From Myxococcota bacterium (GTDB taxonomy: Bacteria; Myxococcota_A; Polyangia; Nannocystales; Nannocystaceae), in contig JBCCHT010000016.1 of the NCBI GenBank assembly GCA_039028615.1, positions 167,618 to 231,617 on the forward strand: 64,000 bases of DNA, in the 5' to 3' direction. Every line of letters begins with the position of its first letter. Position 1 is the stretch's first letter. The position numbers and the translations under genes were made by a program. The notes beneath the pieces are model-generated. The model did not search any database and had not been told where the DNA came from. It worked only from the letters and a program-made list of their open reading frames with translations. Below are positions 35,537 through 46,134 of the stretch, in pieces.

Positions 35537-38500
35537 CTAGCGTGCCGGGTGCTTGCGTAGCCACTGCTTCGTTTCGGCGAGTTGTTCTTCGCTGCTCTCG
35601 CCCGCTTCGGCAAAGGCCGTCGCGGCCTCCTGGGCCAGTGCACGTGCACGTGCGCGTTGGGGTCGATCGCTCCACAGCACTCGCGCGAGCAGGAAGCGTG
35701 CATCGGCGCAGCGCTCGGGTTCTTCGCCGCTCGCCTCGAGAATCGCCAGGGCCCGCTCGGCATGAGTCCGGGTCGTTGCGAGGTCACCCTGCCCGAGTGT
35801 CGCGGTGGCGAGCCACACCAACGAGTCGGCGACGTCCATGTGCTCGGGGCCCTCGGCCTTCTCGTAGGCCCCCAGCGCTCGTTCGTGGGCGGCTTTGGCC
35901 TCGTCGTATTTTCCGAGGCTCCCGAGCGCGCTGCCCAGGTTTTCCCAGATATCCGCGACGCTGAGGTGCTCCCCGCCCAGTATCTTCTCTTTGATCGAAA
36001 GAGATTTTTTGTACGCAGCCGCGGCCTCTTCGTACTTCTGCTGGCTGTTGAGCACCACGCCCAGGTTGTTCCAGCTATCGGCGACGTCGGGGTGGTCCTT
36101 GCCCAGTGCTTTTTCCGAGAGCCGCAGGGTTTGCTCGTGGAGGGCTCGAGAGCGCTCGTAGTCGCCGATTTTCTCGAGGGTGTTGGCCAGGTTGTTCGAG
36201 GTGTTGATGGTGGAAGGGTGCTCGAGTCCGAGCGCCTTCTCTTTGATTTCCAACGCTCGTTCGTACATGGCCAGGGCTTCGTCGTATCTCCCCTGGTCGT
36301 CGAAGACCGTGCCGAGGTTGTTGAGGGTTCCGGCCGTGTTGGGGTGCTCCAGTCCCAGCGTCTTTTCGTCGATGCTCAGGACCCGCTCGTAGGCTGCTTT
36401 GGCCGCCTCGTGCTCTCCTTGCTCCTGCGCGACGACGGCGAGGTTGTTCCACGTCGCCGCGACGTAGGGATGCTCTTCCCCGAGCGCATTCCGGCGGATC
36501 TCGAGTGCTTGCTCGTAGGCGGATTTCGCTTCCTCGTACTTTCCCTGCTCCTCGAGCACGATACCCAGGTTGTTCCAGCTCTTCGCGACATCCGGGTGTC
36601 GGGGTCCCAGCACGTTTTCCGTCAGCGTCCTCGAGCGTTCATAGGCAGCCAGCGCTCCTGCGTAGTCTCCTTGCTGTTCGAGCACGTTGCCGAGGTTGTG
36701 CAGGTTGTTGGCGACCGACAGGTGCTCGGGTCCGAGCGCTTCTTCGTAGGTCTTGCGGGCTCGCTCGAGGGCGGTCTTGGCCTCCTCGTAGTCCGCCTGC
36801 TCGAGCAGAACGATCCCCAGGTTGCCCCAGCTGGCGGCGATGCCCCCAGCGTCGCCGATGCGCTGCGCCAAGGGCCGTGCCGTCACCGACCATTGCCGGC
36901 CTTCCGCGTGCCGGGCGAGACGGTCGCCCACGACGGTGACCAGAGCGTTGGCGGTCCAAAATTGGAGCGAGTCGTAGTCTTGCTCGACCGCCAAGGCGTA
37001 GGCGTCGAGCAGGTCTCGTTCTGCGTCCTCGTACTGACCATTGGCATTGTAGAGCTGTCCGCGAAGGCGCTTGACCTCCGCCAGCAACGGCCCGTAGCCC
37101 AGGCTGACTGCCTCTTGCACCACGGGCTCGACATGCTCGAGTGCTTCGGCAAACAACCCGGCGTCGAACTCGGCCTCGATCATCACCACGCGCTCGCGCA
37201 ATGCTTCGACCCGTTCGGCTTTGTCGGGGTCCTGCGGTGGAGGCACACGTTGCTGCCGCTGCTCGAGCGCGGCCACGTCGTCACATTGGCTCAGGGCGGG
37301 CAGGCCGGTCACCAGCGGCACCGCATCCCGGACGACCGTAGCGTCGGCCTTCGCCAGCACCGTTGCCGCGGCGTGGAGGGCTTTTCGATGCGCGCCCAAG
37401 CAGCTCATGCGCAGCCCCATCACCGCTTCGGTTTGTTCACCGCTCACTCGAGTCGCTTCACAAACCTCCGTGTGCTTGGTGACCCAGGCCTCGCCGTACT
37501 CGTCGAGCCGAGACTCCACGCGTTGCCAGGTGTCGGCGGCGTAGGGCAGCTCGGTCCCCGCGATGGCGGACTGGACCTCGGTGCGCCGAGCGTCGTCCCA
37601 AACGCCATCCAGCTGGAGCCGCGCGCCCGTGCACAGGTCCTCGCGCTCGGCGTAGCGCTGAGCTCCGAGCCCGGCTCCGACCACGAGCAGGCCCGCGGTC
37701 AACCCCAGCATCGCTCCCCGCTTGCGCCCCGGTGCCAGGAGGCGGCGGAGCTGCTCGAGCAGCGTGGCCATGTCCGGCCAGCGATCGCTCGGCGCCGCCG
37801 ACAGCCCTCGCACGAGCACCGCACGCAGCGAGGCCGGCACCGGGCTGCCCTTGGGCGCGGGCTCGACGTCTCCGTCCCGCATCGCGAGCATCAGCTGCAT
37901 CATCGAATCGCCCGTGTACGGCCGTTGTCCGTAGACCGCTTCGTAGAGGGCGACGCAGAAGCTGAACTGGTCGCTGCGGGCATCGGCCGGCGCCCCGCTC
38001 ATCTGCTCGGGCGGCATATAGGCCGGGGTGCCCAGCACCGCACCCGTCCGCGTCAGCGAGACCGGGGACGCATCGTGGTCGGGGGCAGGGGAGGGCACCG
38101 TCTCGAGCGAAGCGCCATCACCCAGGCGCGCGAGCCCGAAGTCGAGCACCCGGGGTCGGCCCTCGTCGTCGACGATTGCATTGCCCGGCTTGAAGTCCCG
38201 ATGCACCAAGCCCTGCTCGTGCGCCGCCACCAGTCCCTGGCCGACCTTCGTGAACATCGCTACGCAAGTGCGCCAGTCGGGTCGTGGATCTCGGTCCATC
38301 CATGCCCGCAGGGTCTGGCCCTCCACCATCTCCATGGCGACGAAGGCCCGTCCCTCGGCTTTCCCGACCTCGTAGACCTGCACCACATTGGGGTGCGACA
38401 GCTTGGCCATCGCTTGCGCCTCGCGGAGCAGTCGCGCGGTGTCCTTGGTGCGGAGCTCGCGTTGCAGGACCTTGAGCGCGACGAAGCGGTCGAGCGAAGG

Positions 38501-38656
38501 ATCGAATGCCTTGAACACGACCCCCATCGCGCCGCGCCCCAGCGTACCCACGATGACGTAGCGGCCCAGCTCGAACGAAGAACTCGAGGCGGCCAATCGT
38601 GGCGGCTCCTGCCCGAGCCCCGACGGGATGCCGGAGTCGGTGACCGTGGACGACAT
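35537..38656 (-). CDS. Hanks-type Ser/Thr kinase with long C-terminal TPR array
   Basis: LGRGAMGVVF, HRDFKPGNA, VLDFGL, GTPAYMPPEQ; about 9 repeats of HPxxAxxWNNLGxV...AYERALxI. Start uncertain (track start 38776). Confidence 0.95.
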   Translation of the reverse strand: MSSTVTDSGIPSGLGQEPPRLAASSSSFELGRYVIVGTLGRGAMGVVFKAFDPSLDRFVALKVLQRELRTKDTARLLREAQAMAKLSHPNVVQVYEVGKAEGRAFVAMEMVEGQTLRAWMDRDPRPDWRTCVAMFTKVGQGLVAAHEQGLVHRDFKPGNAIVDDEGRPRVLDFGLARLGDGASLETVPSPAPDHDASPVSLTRTGAVLGTPAYMPPEQMSGAPADARSDQFSFCVALYEAVYGQRPYTGDSMMQLMLAMRDGDVEPAPKGSPVPASLRAVLVRGLSAAPSDRWPDMATLLEQLRRLLAPGRKRGAMLGLTAGLLVVGAGLGAQRYAEREDLCTGARLQLDGVWDDARRTEVQSAIAGTELPYAADTWQRVESRLDEYGEAWVTKHTEVCEATRVSGEQTEAVMGLRMSCLGAHRKALHAAATVLAKADATVVRDAVPLVTGLPALSQCDDVAALEQRQQRVPPPQDPDKAERVEALRERVVMIEAEFDAGLFAEALEHVEPVVQEAVSLGYGPLLAEVKRLRGQLYNANGQYEDAERDLLDAYALAVEQDYDSLQFWTANALVTVVGDRLARHAEGRQWSVTARPLAQRIGDAGGIAASWGNLGIVLLEQADYEEAKTALERARKTYEEALGPEHLSVANNLHNLGNVLEQQGDYAGALAAYERSRTLTENVLGPRHPDVAKSWNNLGIVLEEQGKYEEAKSAYEQALEIRRNALGEEHPYVAATWNNLAVVAQEQGEHEAAKAAYERVLSIDEKTLGLEHPNTAGTLNNLGTVFDDQGRYDEALAMYERALEIKEKALGLEHPSTINTSNNLANTLEKIGDYERSRALHEQTLRLSEKALGKDHPDVADSWNNLGVVLNSQQKYEEAAAAYKKSLSIKEKILGGEHLSVADIWENLGSALGSLGKYDEAKAAHERALGAYEKAEGPEHMDVADSLVWLATATLGQGDLATTRTHAERALAILEASGEEPERCADARFLLARVLWSDRPQRARARALAQEAATAFAEAGESSEEQLAETKQWLRKHPAR

Positions 38657-38932
38657 CCCGTCGGGGCCGTGACGGTCGTCGCTCTCGTCGTTCAATGCGC
38701 CGCACCCACCCGGGTCATTATGCCGCTTCGGGTGAGCCCCGTACGCCGTCCGCCCGGTTGATCTGGACGTGAGCACCTACGGGCCAACTCGACGACGCGT
38801 GCGCTCGAGGCATTGGGTGGTCGAGAAACATCGTTGCGTCGCAGGCCGAACGCGAACCGTCATCGTTCCTGCGAGCGGTGTAACAGCGAGCAAAGCAGAG
38901 ACGGTTGTGGGGCGGTGGACGGGCTCGACACG

Positions 38933-39514
38933 ATGCGAAGCGAACGCAGGCGGTTTTGGGCCGAAAACGGTTTCGGAACGAGCGGCGGCTACGACGATGC
39001 CTGGCAAGAAGCCTCCTTCGCCGGCGTCCCCTATGCGGTACCCAATGTCCGGGCGCGAGCCGACGCCCTTCGCGTCCACGACCTACATCACCTCCTGACG
39101 GGCTACACGACCGACTGGCGCGGCGAGTCGGAGATCTCCGGGTGGGAGCTCGGCTCGGGTGGTGCCGGCCGCTATCCCTACGCGTGGTTCATCGCCATGT
39201 TCGGTTTCGTCATCGGGGTGCTGACCATGCCGCTTCGCACGTGGCGTGCGTTTCGGCGAGGCCGCGGTGGCTCGAATCTCTACGCGGTCTCCCGCCCGAT
39301 GGACGTCTTGAACGAGCCCGTCGAGCGGGTCCGGGCCCGGCTCGGCGTGGACATGCCGCGGCGACACGGGCTCGGCGACGTGTTTCGGTTCGTCGCCTTG
39401 GCGTCGTTGATGATCCCGCTCGGGTTGCTGTGCCTGGTGGGCACGCCCTTGCTGGTGCTGATGGCCATGCTGCTGGGCGTGCGCTGCCCGATGCACCAGC
39501 AGACACCGTGCTAG
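38933..39514 (+). CDS. Coq4-like HDxxH membrane protein
   Basis: VHDLHHLLTGY...GESEISGWE motif plus hydrophobic segments. Confidence 0.7.
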   Translation: MRSERRRFWAENGFGTSGGYDDAWQEASFAGVPYAVPNVRARADALRVHDLHHLLTGYTTDWRGESEISGWELGSGGAGRYPYAWFIAMFGFVIGVLTMPLRTWRAFRRGRGGSNLYAVSRPMDVLNEPVERVRARLGVDMPRRHGLGDVFRFVALASLMIPLGLLCLVGTPLLVLMAMLLGVRCPMHQQTPC

Positions 39515-39523
39515 CGCGACCGG

Positions 39524-41839
39524 CTACCGCGACGCACCCGGCCAGCGATCGTCCACGCCCTTGCGGCTCGGGCGGCGGGGGGCCGCGCTCTCGAAGCGCG
39601 CGCAGTAGCCATCCCACAGCGACAGCACGCGGGTGACCTCGGGGTCTTCGTTACCCTCGGCCATGGCCTGCAGCTCGAGTCGGGTCTGCGAGCAGTCGGC
39701 GAGCGCCTCGGGGTCGTGCCAGGTTCCCGCGCGTGCCTCCCACCCGGAGGGGATCTCGCGACGAGCCTGGCGACCCACCGCCTCGACGAAGTGCATGATG
39801 AGCTCACCCTTGGTGATGTTGGTGCGACGGTCGGCCAGCTCGCCCAGCGGCATGATGTGCTCTTCGGTCAGCAGCTCGCCCGTCTCGGGATCCTGGTACT
39901 CGATCTCGAGCATGATCTCGTCCTGGCGGCGGAGCTGGCCCTGCCACGGCTCGACCTCGGCGAGCATCAGCTGCGAGGTGTCGGCGAAGAAGTGCACGGC
40001 CTGGACGTCGGCTTTGATCTCGGAGGCCTCTTCGCCGTGGAACTGCTCGACGCGCAGCGAGGGCGGCAGGTGCAGGCGGAAGTGCACGTCGTTGGCGACG
40101 GTCTCGATGAGGGAGGGGAAGCGGTGGCCGAACACGGCGTCGACCTCGGCTTCGGAGCCCAGGAACACGTACGCGCCGCGGCCCTTCTCGGTGAGGCGAT
40201 CGAGCAGCTCGTCGTTGAACTCCCGGCCCACACCGATCCCGGACAGTCGGATCCTCCGCGCGTCGAACCAGTCGGAGACCATGGCCAGCGTGCGCGGGTT
40301 GGTCTCGCCGCGGTTGGCGATGGCGTCGGAGATGAGCAGCACGCGGTTGGTGTACTTGGGCTGATACGCGGCGTCGGCCATCTGGTAGCCCCGGGTCAGA
40401 CCCGCGTGCAGGTTGGTGCTGCCCGAGGGGCGGAGCTTGTGGATGGTCTTGGTGAGGATCTCGATGTCGTCGCGGCCCACGACGAAGTTGGACAACGGGT
40501 TGCAAACGCGATGGTCGAAGGTGACCACGTTGATGATGTCTCCGTTGTCCAGCTCTCGGACCATCCGCAGGAGCCCGCGCTTGAGGTACTCCATGCGTCC
40601 TTCGGCCCGCATCGAGCCCGAGCGGTCGATGACCAGGGTGAGCGCGGCGTTGCGTCGACCCTCGCGTCCCACCGGGTGGCTGGCGATGCTGAGCCCGAGA
40701 GCGAGCATGCCCGGGGTGCGCTGCGAGGGGCCGATCTCCCCGTGGACCGCAAACTCGTCGCCGTGGTCCACGGTCCCGGTCTCGAACGAGAAGTAGTTGA
40801 GCAGCTCGTGCGGCCGCACGTGCTCGGGCGCCAGCGGCAGGTGCTGGTCGATCGCGTACATCACCCGCTGGGCCGACGACAGGCTCATGGTGTCGTCGTT
40901 GCTCAGGTAGGTCGCGGCGCCCCAGCCCTCCTCGTAGGGCGGCCATTCGGGCTGGACGACGACCGTCTCGACCATGACGGGCGGTGATTGCTGCGGGATG
41001 TCGGCGTGCCCCCTGGGCGCGCTGGCGGCCATGGCTCGCTCGTGGGCGCGCTCGGCCTTGCGACGGGCTCGGCGGGCACGTCGTCGGCTTCGCGTGGCCG
41101 CCTGCCGCTCGGAGAACGACGCTTCATTGGCCTCTACGTTGATGGCGCGGAAGTCCTCGGCGCCCGTCGTACCCGCGAGCGAGATTCCAGCGGCATCCCG
41201 GCTCGCTCGCGTGCGCGCTCGGGTTCGTGTCGATTTGTCCCCACGACTACTCCTGCGAGAAGTGAACGCGGGCGCCGAATCCTCGGCCGGCGCGGGGTCG
41301 GGCTCGGCCGTGGGTCCCTCCGTATACATGGTGGGCGCAGCGGGCTCGGGCGGAGGGGTCGGCTCGGCCGGCCGCCGGGCGGCGGACTCGAGATCGAGGA
41401 GGCGCTTGTCCTCCCGCTGGGCGGACCTCGGCTGCGGCTCGGGCGTCGAGTTCGTGTCGATGGCCGCGGTGGTGGTGCGCTGGTCGGTGGAGTTGTAACG
41501 GACGTGGCCGGGCGCCTTGCCCGTGCCCGAGGCGTGGGCCCGCTTGTTCGCCTTGGATTTCGAAGGTCGCGGGGGCCGTCCCTCGACCACCGCCCCCGCC
41601 TCCACGCAGCGATTGCTGCGGACCATGTCGGGCAGCGTGTGCCACTCCACCGGGGCTCGCTGCAGCGGCACGCGAGCGAGGTGCTCGCGGGCGGCAAACC
41701 GATGCGCCGGGAGCTCGCCGTGCACCGTGTCGTAGGCCACGGGGGCCTGGTAGTAGGCGGGAGCGACGGACACCGGCTCTGCGTGTGTTGCGCAGCCGGC
41801 GAGCATCAGGGCAGTGAGAACGATCGAGGTGGTGCGCAT
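39524..41839 (-). CDS. VWA-domain lipoprotein (YfbK-like)
   Basis: Lipobox MLAGC; VRPHELLNYF; MIDAS motif VIDRSGSM; GSTNLHAGL; VLLISDAIAN. Confidence 0.88.
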   Translation of the reverse strand: MRTTSIVLTALMLAGCATHAEPVSVAPAYYQAPVAYDTVHGELPAHRFAAREHLARVPLQRAPVEWHTLPDMVRSNRCVEAGAVVEGRPPRPSKSKANKRAHASGTGKAPGHVRYNSTDQRTTTAAIDTNSTPEPQPRSAQREDKRLLDLESAARRPAEPTPPPEPAAPTMYTEGPTAEPDPAPAEDSAPAFTSRRSSRGDKSTRTRARTRASRDAAGISLAGTTGAEDFRAINVEANEASFSERQAATRSRRRARRARRKAERAHERAMAASAPRGHADIPQQSPPVMVETVVVQPEWPPYEEGWGAATYLSNDDTMSLSSAQRVMYAIDQHLPLAPEHVRPHELLNYFSFETGTVDHGDEFAVHGEIGPSQRTPGMLALGLSIASHPVGREGRRNAALTLVIDRSGSMRAEGRMEYLKRGLLRMVRELDNGDIINVVTFDHRVCNPLSNFVVGRDDIEILTKTIHKLRPSGSTNLHAGLTRGYQMADAAYQPKYTNRVLLISDAIANRGETNPRTLAMVSDWFDARRIRLSGIGVGREFNDELLDRLTEKGRGAYVFLGSEAEVDAVFGHRFPSLIETVANDVHFRLHLPPSLRVEQFHGEEASEIKADVQAVHFFADTSQLMLAEVEPWQGQLRRQDEIMLEIEYQDPETGELLTEEHIMPLGELADRRTNITKGELIMHFVEAVGRQARREIPSGWEARAGTWHDPEALADCSQTRLELQAMAEGNEDPEVTRVLSLWDGYCARFESAAPRRPSRKGVDDRWPGASR

Positions 41840-41991
41840 GGTCTACGAGGGCCTGGGGACGGGCCCCACCCCAACGTCCCGACCCCCGCCTCCGCTTACA
41901 GTGGGATCGGCGATCCAGGCGCCGCGAAAAAAGCGCGGTGCCGCGAGCCAGGGCTCGGACATCCGCGCTTCGTTGCGGAACGCAGTCTCGC

Positions 41992-42609
41992 TCAGTCTCC
42001 GGACGGTTCTTCGGAGCGCAGGCGCGGCTGGGTGAACTCGGCCGGTCGGTGTCCGCTCTTTTCCCGATAGAACTCGCGGATGACGTCCATGTCCGCGACC
42101 ACGTCGCCCGTCGGGACCAGTGGAGGCCCCATGCCGCCGACCTTGTTGCCGAAGTCGAGGTACCCCAACACGATGGGCACCCCGGCCGCCTTGGCGATCT
42201 CGTAGAAGCCGGACTTCCAGTATTCGCGCTTGGAGCGGGTGCCTTCGGGGGGCACGGCCAGCATCAGTTCGTCGGCCTGCGCGAAGCGTTCGGCCATCTG
42301 GGCCACGACGCCATGCGGCGCGCGACGATCGATGGGGACGCCGCCGACCTTGCGCATCAGCCAGCCGAAGGGCGGGCCAAAGAGGGTGTGCTTGCCCATC
42401 CACCGCACTCGGATCCCGTACACCCAGCCGATCGCCAACATGTAGGGGAGGTCCCAGTTGCTGGTGTGAGGCGCGGCGATGAGCACGAAGCGTCGCGGCT
42501 CGGGGATCCGACCGGCCATCGACCAGCCATTGGTCTTCAGCCACCAGCGGCCCAGCCAGGCGGTCACGCCCGTGCCCTCGAATTCGGTGAGGGGAATCGT
42601 CTCAGGCAT
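41992..42609 (-). CDS. Lysophospholipid acyltransferase (PlsC-like)
   Basis: APHTSNWD (HxxxxD), PIDRR, PPEGTR. Confidence 0.92.
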   Translation of the reverse strand: MPETIPLTEFEGTGVTAWLGRWWLKTNGWSMAGRIPEPRRFVLIAAPHTSNWDLPYMLAIGWVYGIRVRWMGKHTLFGPPFGWLMRKVGGVPIDRRAPHGVVAQMAERFAQADELMLAVPPEGTRSKREYWKSGFYEIAKAAGVPIVLGYLDFGNKVGGMGPPLVPTGDVVADMDVIREFYREKSGHRPAEFTQPRLRSEEPSGD

Positions 42610-42789
42610 CCGGGGCGTACCCTACCCTCGTCCTTCGGAGCCGTGGATGGGGGCCCGGCGCGGTGGGCGTGTGTCGGCCCACGAAAATCGGCTTCGGAGG
42701 GTAGGTCGACAGGTCGATCGATCCCTCGTGTCACATTCGATCGGTTCGGAACCTCTCGCTCCTTCGCACGTTCAACAGATTGACGACCT

Positions 42790-43767
42790 GTGAACATGCC
42801 CCTGTCTGATCGCAAAGGGGGCACGGGCGAGGTCGTGGCGCAATCGCGTCGCGACGATCGCTCGGGCCTCATCGACATCCGTGCGCTCTCGTCTCTGGTC
42901 GAGCCCCGAGGCTCCGGCTCGGCCTCCGCCAGTAGCGTTGCGTTGCCTTCTTTTTCCTCGCCGTGGACGATGCAAGACACGCGCATGCAATCGCGCGCCG
43001 TGTCTATGCCCGCGGCCGTCGCCGCCCGCCCGCAGCCCGCCCGCGACGATCGCCCGCTGTATCTGATGATCGCGGCTCTGTCCGCTGCGGTGGTCAGCCT
43101 GGGTGCGTATGCGATCTTCGCTCCGTCGCCCACGCGCGCCGCGGCGCCCGCTCCCGAGCCTGCGCCCTCCGTGGCCGCAGCGGCGGCCGCCAACGAAGCC
43201 GAGCCCGAGCCCGAGCCCGCGCTCCCGGCCGCGCCCGCGCCGAGCGACGAAGCCGAGCCCGAGCCCGAAGTCGAGCTCGAAGCCAAGGCTGAGCCCGCGA
43301 AAGGTCGCAGCGCCAAGAACCGTCGCAATCGCAAGGGGCGGCGCGATCGAACACCCACGCCCGCGAAGGGCGACGAGACCAAGCCGCCCGCGCCCGCTGA
43401 CCGCGGTGGGGTGCCTATCGGCTGTGTGCTCGATCCGGACAGCTGCAGCAAGAAGAAGCGCCCCGATCCCACGCCGACACCGGGCTCGACCGACCTGCCC
43501 GACGTGCCCAGCAACTCGCAGATTCGCTCCGCCATGAAGAAGGTCAAGCCGACGGCCAAGGCCTGCGCCAGCGGGGCCGATGCGGGGCAGAAGGTCCGGG
43601 TGAAGCTGTCGGTGACGGGTCGCGATGGTCGGGTGGTCAGCGCCAAGGCGCTCGAAGATCACGCGGGCACGGCCCTCGGTCGGTGTGTGGCGGGGGCGCT
43701 GTCCAAGGCCACATTGCCTCGCTTCGCCAAGCCACAGGCGGGCATCGTGTTCGCCGTCCGCATGTAG
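42790..43767 (+). CDS. Membrane-anchored Pro/Glu-rich protein with TonB-C-like C-terminal domain (myxobacterial type)
   Basis: SGLIDIRAL motif, single TM, EPEPE linker, C-terminal IRSAMKKVKPTAKAC...GRCVAGAL...PRF. Confidence 0.7.
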   Translation: MNMPLSDRKGGTGEVVAQSRRDDRSGLIDIRALSSLVEPRGSGSASASSVALPSFSSPWTMQDTRMQSRAVSMPAAVAARPQPARDDRPLYLMIAALSAAVVSLGAYAIFAPSPTRAAAPAPEPAPSVAAAAAANEAEPEPEPALPAAPAPSDEAEPEPEVELEAKAEPAKGRSAKNRRNRKGRRDRTPTPAKGDETKPPAPADRGGVPIGCVLDPDSCSKKKRPDPTPTPGSTDLPDVPSNSQIRSAMKKVKPTAKACASGADAGQKVRVKLSVTGRDGRVVSAKALEDHAGTALGRCVAGALSKATLPRFAKPQAGIVFAVRM

Positions 43768-43848
43768 CCGGCCGCGGCGGCCGCCGCTGCCGCCCGAACG
43801 ATGAAGGCCATCGCGAGTGTCGCGGTGGCTTTCGTTCGTGCGTGGGGC

Positions 43849-44301
43849 TCAGTCGTCGAAGCGCAGCAGCTCGCGGTAGGTCGCGAGCATGCCTACGCGC
43901 TCACCCGTGGCGTCGTTCAGCGGGACGTAGACGATGGCCCAGTCGCGACCGATGGTGGTGGTCTGACCGCGGAAGGTCTCGCCGCGCTCGAACACGCGTT
44001 CGGTGATCTCCGCATTGGCCGAAGTGCCGATGGCCCGGCCCTTTTCACCCTTCGCGACGGCGGTGGTGGCGATGCGGACGTTGCCGAGGAAGATGGTGCA
44101 GCCGAAGCGGGTGCGCTCCGCGACCTCGTCGACGATGCGCGTGTCGTCGTTGAGCACCCGCCTGCCCGCTCGCATGACGCCGTCCTCCACGGTGATGGGC
44201 CCGAGCTGCGCGAGCAGGTCCTGAACGATGCGAATGGCTCGCTCGGCGACCTTGAGCCGGTTGGTCAAGTTGCGATGCGTGCCGTGATCCTCGCGGTCCA
44301 T
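43849..44301 (-). CDS. Stand-alone Cache-type sensor domain protein
   Basis: IVDEVAERTRFGCTIFLGNVRIATT...RAIGT...VFERGETFRG...YVPLNDATGERVGML is typical of single Cache_3 domains. Confidence 0.75.
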   Translation of the reverse strand: MDREDHGTHRNLTNRLKVAERAIRIVQDLLAQLGPITVEDGVMRAGRRVLNDDTRIVDEVAERTRFGCTIFLGNVRIATTAVAKGEKGRAIGTSANAEITERVFERGETFRGQTTTIGRDWAIVYVPLNDATGERVGMLATYRELLRFDD

Positions 44302-44447
44302 GGACTCTGGACCTCGATGATCCCGTGGAACCGCGAGGACTGTAAAGCAGCGCTGCGATTTGCAGGGGTTCCCTTTCGTGCACTCGGACCGGGTTTCATC
44401 GCGAACGACTTTCCGCGCCCCGGGCACGACGTTGCACGCCCGACGGC

Positions 44448-45989
44448 TCAGCCGAAGGGATCGGCGTTGTGGGCATTGAGGCGGATGGCCTTCTTTGCCT
44501 TTCGACTTTTAGTCACTGTCTTGGGCGGAGCGCTGGCCGGCGCCGACACGACCGCGTCGTCGAAGTTGGCCTTGGCCGTGGCCAGTGCCTCGAGCTGCTT
44601 TTCGAAGTCGGCATCGATCACCGGTTCCGCCTCGGGTTCGATGTTTCCGCGGCGCTGGGAGATCTGGCTCTGCGCTCGGTCGAGGCGGCGCTGAGCGCCC
44701 GAGATGTCCCCGCGGCTGAACGCGGCATTGGCTTCGATCAGCGCGTCTTGGGTATCTCTGCGACCGAGGCGCTCGTCGACCTTCGGATCGAGCGCCGCCA
44801 CCGTGGCCAGCTCGGGATCGAGTTGCACGCCCAGCGAGCCGTCCGCCCGCTCTTCGCGGCCGCGGGTCACGTCGCGGTAGGCGAGTCGCACCGTGGCGAC
44901 GTCTTGGGCACCCCGACCCGGCGCGACGCGAACGCGGAGCAGAGCGCTCTTGGCGTCCCCGGTCGTGAAGCTCCCGAACGACAGGGCGACGCGGTCACCC
45001 TGTCGCCGATGGCCACGCGCGATGACCTCGACCAACTCCACGCCTTCGGCCAGCTCGACGTCGACGTCGACCCGATCGGCGAGCGTGCCCACCAGGTTTC
45101 GCGCCTCTCGATCGAAGATTGCAGGAAGCCCCGACGGGTTTTCCACGAAGTAGTGGTGCCCATTCGAGGCCTGCGACAGGGCGAAGAGCGGCCGCTCGTC
45201 GTAGTCCACATCCACGCCGATCGATGTCACCGCGGTGCGCTCGAGTCGAGTCAGGTCACCCAGGCGACGAAAGTCGGTCGCCTTGGTCATGCCCCGGTTG
45301 GCCACGCCATCGCTGAGCAGCAAGATGCGATTGATCGCCTCGCCACGGTGCCGTGCCAGCTGGGTGCGCGCCATGTCGATGCCGCAGGAGATGCAGGTGT
45401 GGCCCTTGCCGCGCAGCCGGCTCAACGCGCGATCGAACGCCACCCGATCGATGCGGTCCACCGTGGTGGGGGGCAGCAGCAGCTGGGCCTTGTTGTCGTA
45501 CGCGACGAGCGACACCGTGTCGTCGGCCCGCAGCCGCCCCAGCATGCCGCGGGCGGCCGCCACCGCGTTGTCGAGTCGCTTGCCCTTCATCGAGCCCGAG
45601 CGGTCGATCACGATCGACACGTTGACCGGGGCTCGGTTCTCGACCCGGATCTCTTCGGGAGCATCGACCTCCACGAACAAGAACGTCTCGTTGGGGCGAT
45701 CGCCGGGCAGCGCGGAGTGCCCCAGGCGACCGGTGAGGCCGAGCGTGCCCGGCACGCGGAAGCTGGCCGCGACGGGCTCGGGGACAGGGGCCAGCGAGCC
45801 CGCATCCGCCCCGACCGCGGGTGCGGTGGGTTTCGCTTCGTCGGCCCGTGCCGTCTCGTAGGCGGCCGTTTGGACCCCGTTTTCGGATCGGGACGCACCC
45901 GAAGCCGTATCGGGCACGAGCCAGGACACTGCGGCCGAGCTACCGCCCATGCCCAGTAACGAACACACCACCACCGCACTCAACCGCAT
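44448..45989 (-). CDS. VWA-domain secreted protein
   Basis: PVNVSIVIDRSGSM, GHTCISCGI, ILLLSDGVAN. Confidence 0.88.
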   Translation of the reverse strand: MRLSAVVVCSLLGMGGSSAAVSWLVPDTASGASRSENGVQTAAYETARADEAKPTAPAVGADAGSLAPVPEPVAASFRVPGTLGLTGRLGHSALPGDRPNETFLFVEVDAPEEIRVENRAPVNVSIVIDRSGSMKGKRLDNAVAAARGMLGRLRADDTVSLVAYDNKAQLLLPPTTVDRIDRVAFDRALSRLRGKGHTCISCGIDMARTQLARHRGEAINRILLLSDGVANRGMTKATDFRRLGDLTRLERTAVTSIGVDVDYDERPLFALSQASNGHHYFVENPSGLPAIFDREARNLVGTLADRVDVDVELAEGVELVEVIARGHRRQGDRVALSFGSFTTGDAKSALLRVRVAPGRGAQDVATVRLAYRDVTRGREERADGSLGVQLDPELATVAALDPKVDERLGRRDTQDALIEANAAFSRGDISGAQRRLDRAQSQISQRRGNIEPEAEPVIDADFEKQLEALATAKANFDDAVVSAPASAPPKTVTKSRKAKKAIRLNAHNADPFG

Positions 45990-46134
45990 GGCCTTTGCCT
46001 CCCCGTGTCTCGGGTTCGGTTGGACTACGCACCAGGCCCAAAAATGATCTGAACGAGTCGAGGTCTCGCGGTATGCGCGCTGGTGCGGCGTCCTATGATC
46101 GGTCGAGCCGCGCGTCCGCGGGTTCGGCCGACTC

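Noticed and set aside
35900..36850. Periodic ~126-bp repeats in the kinase gene
   Set aside because: Ordinary 42-aa TPR repeats within a CDS.
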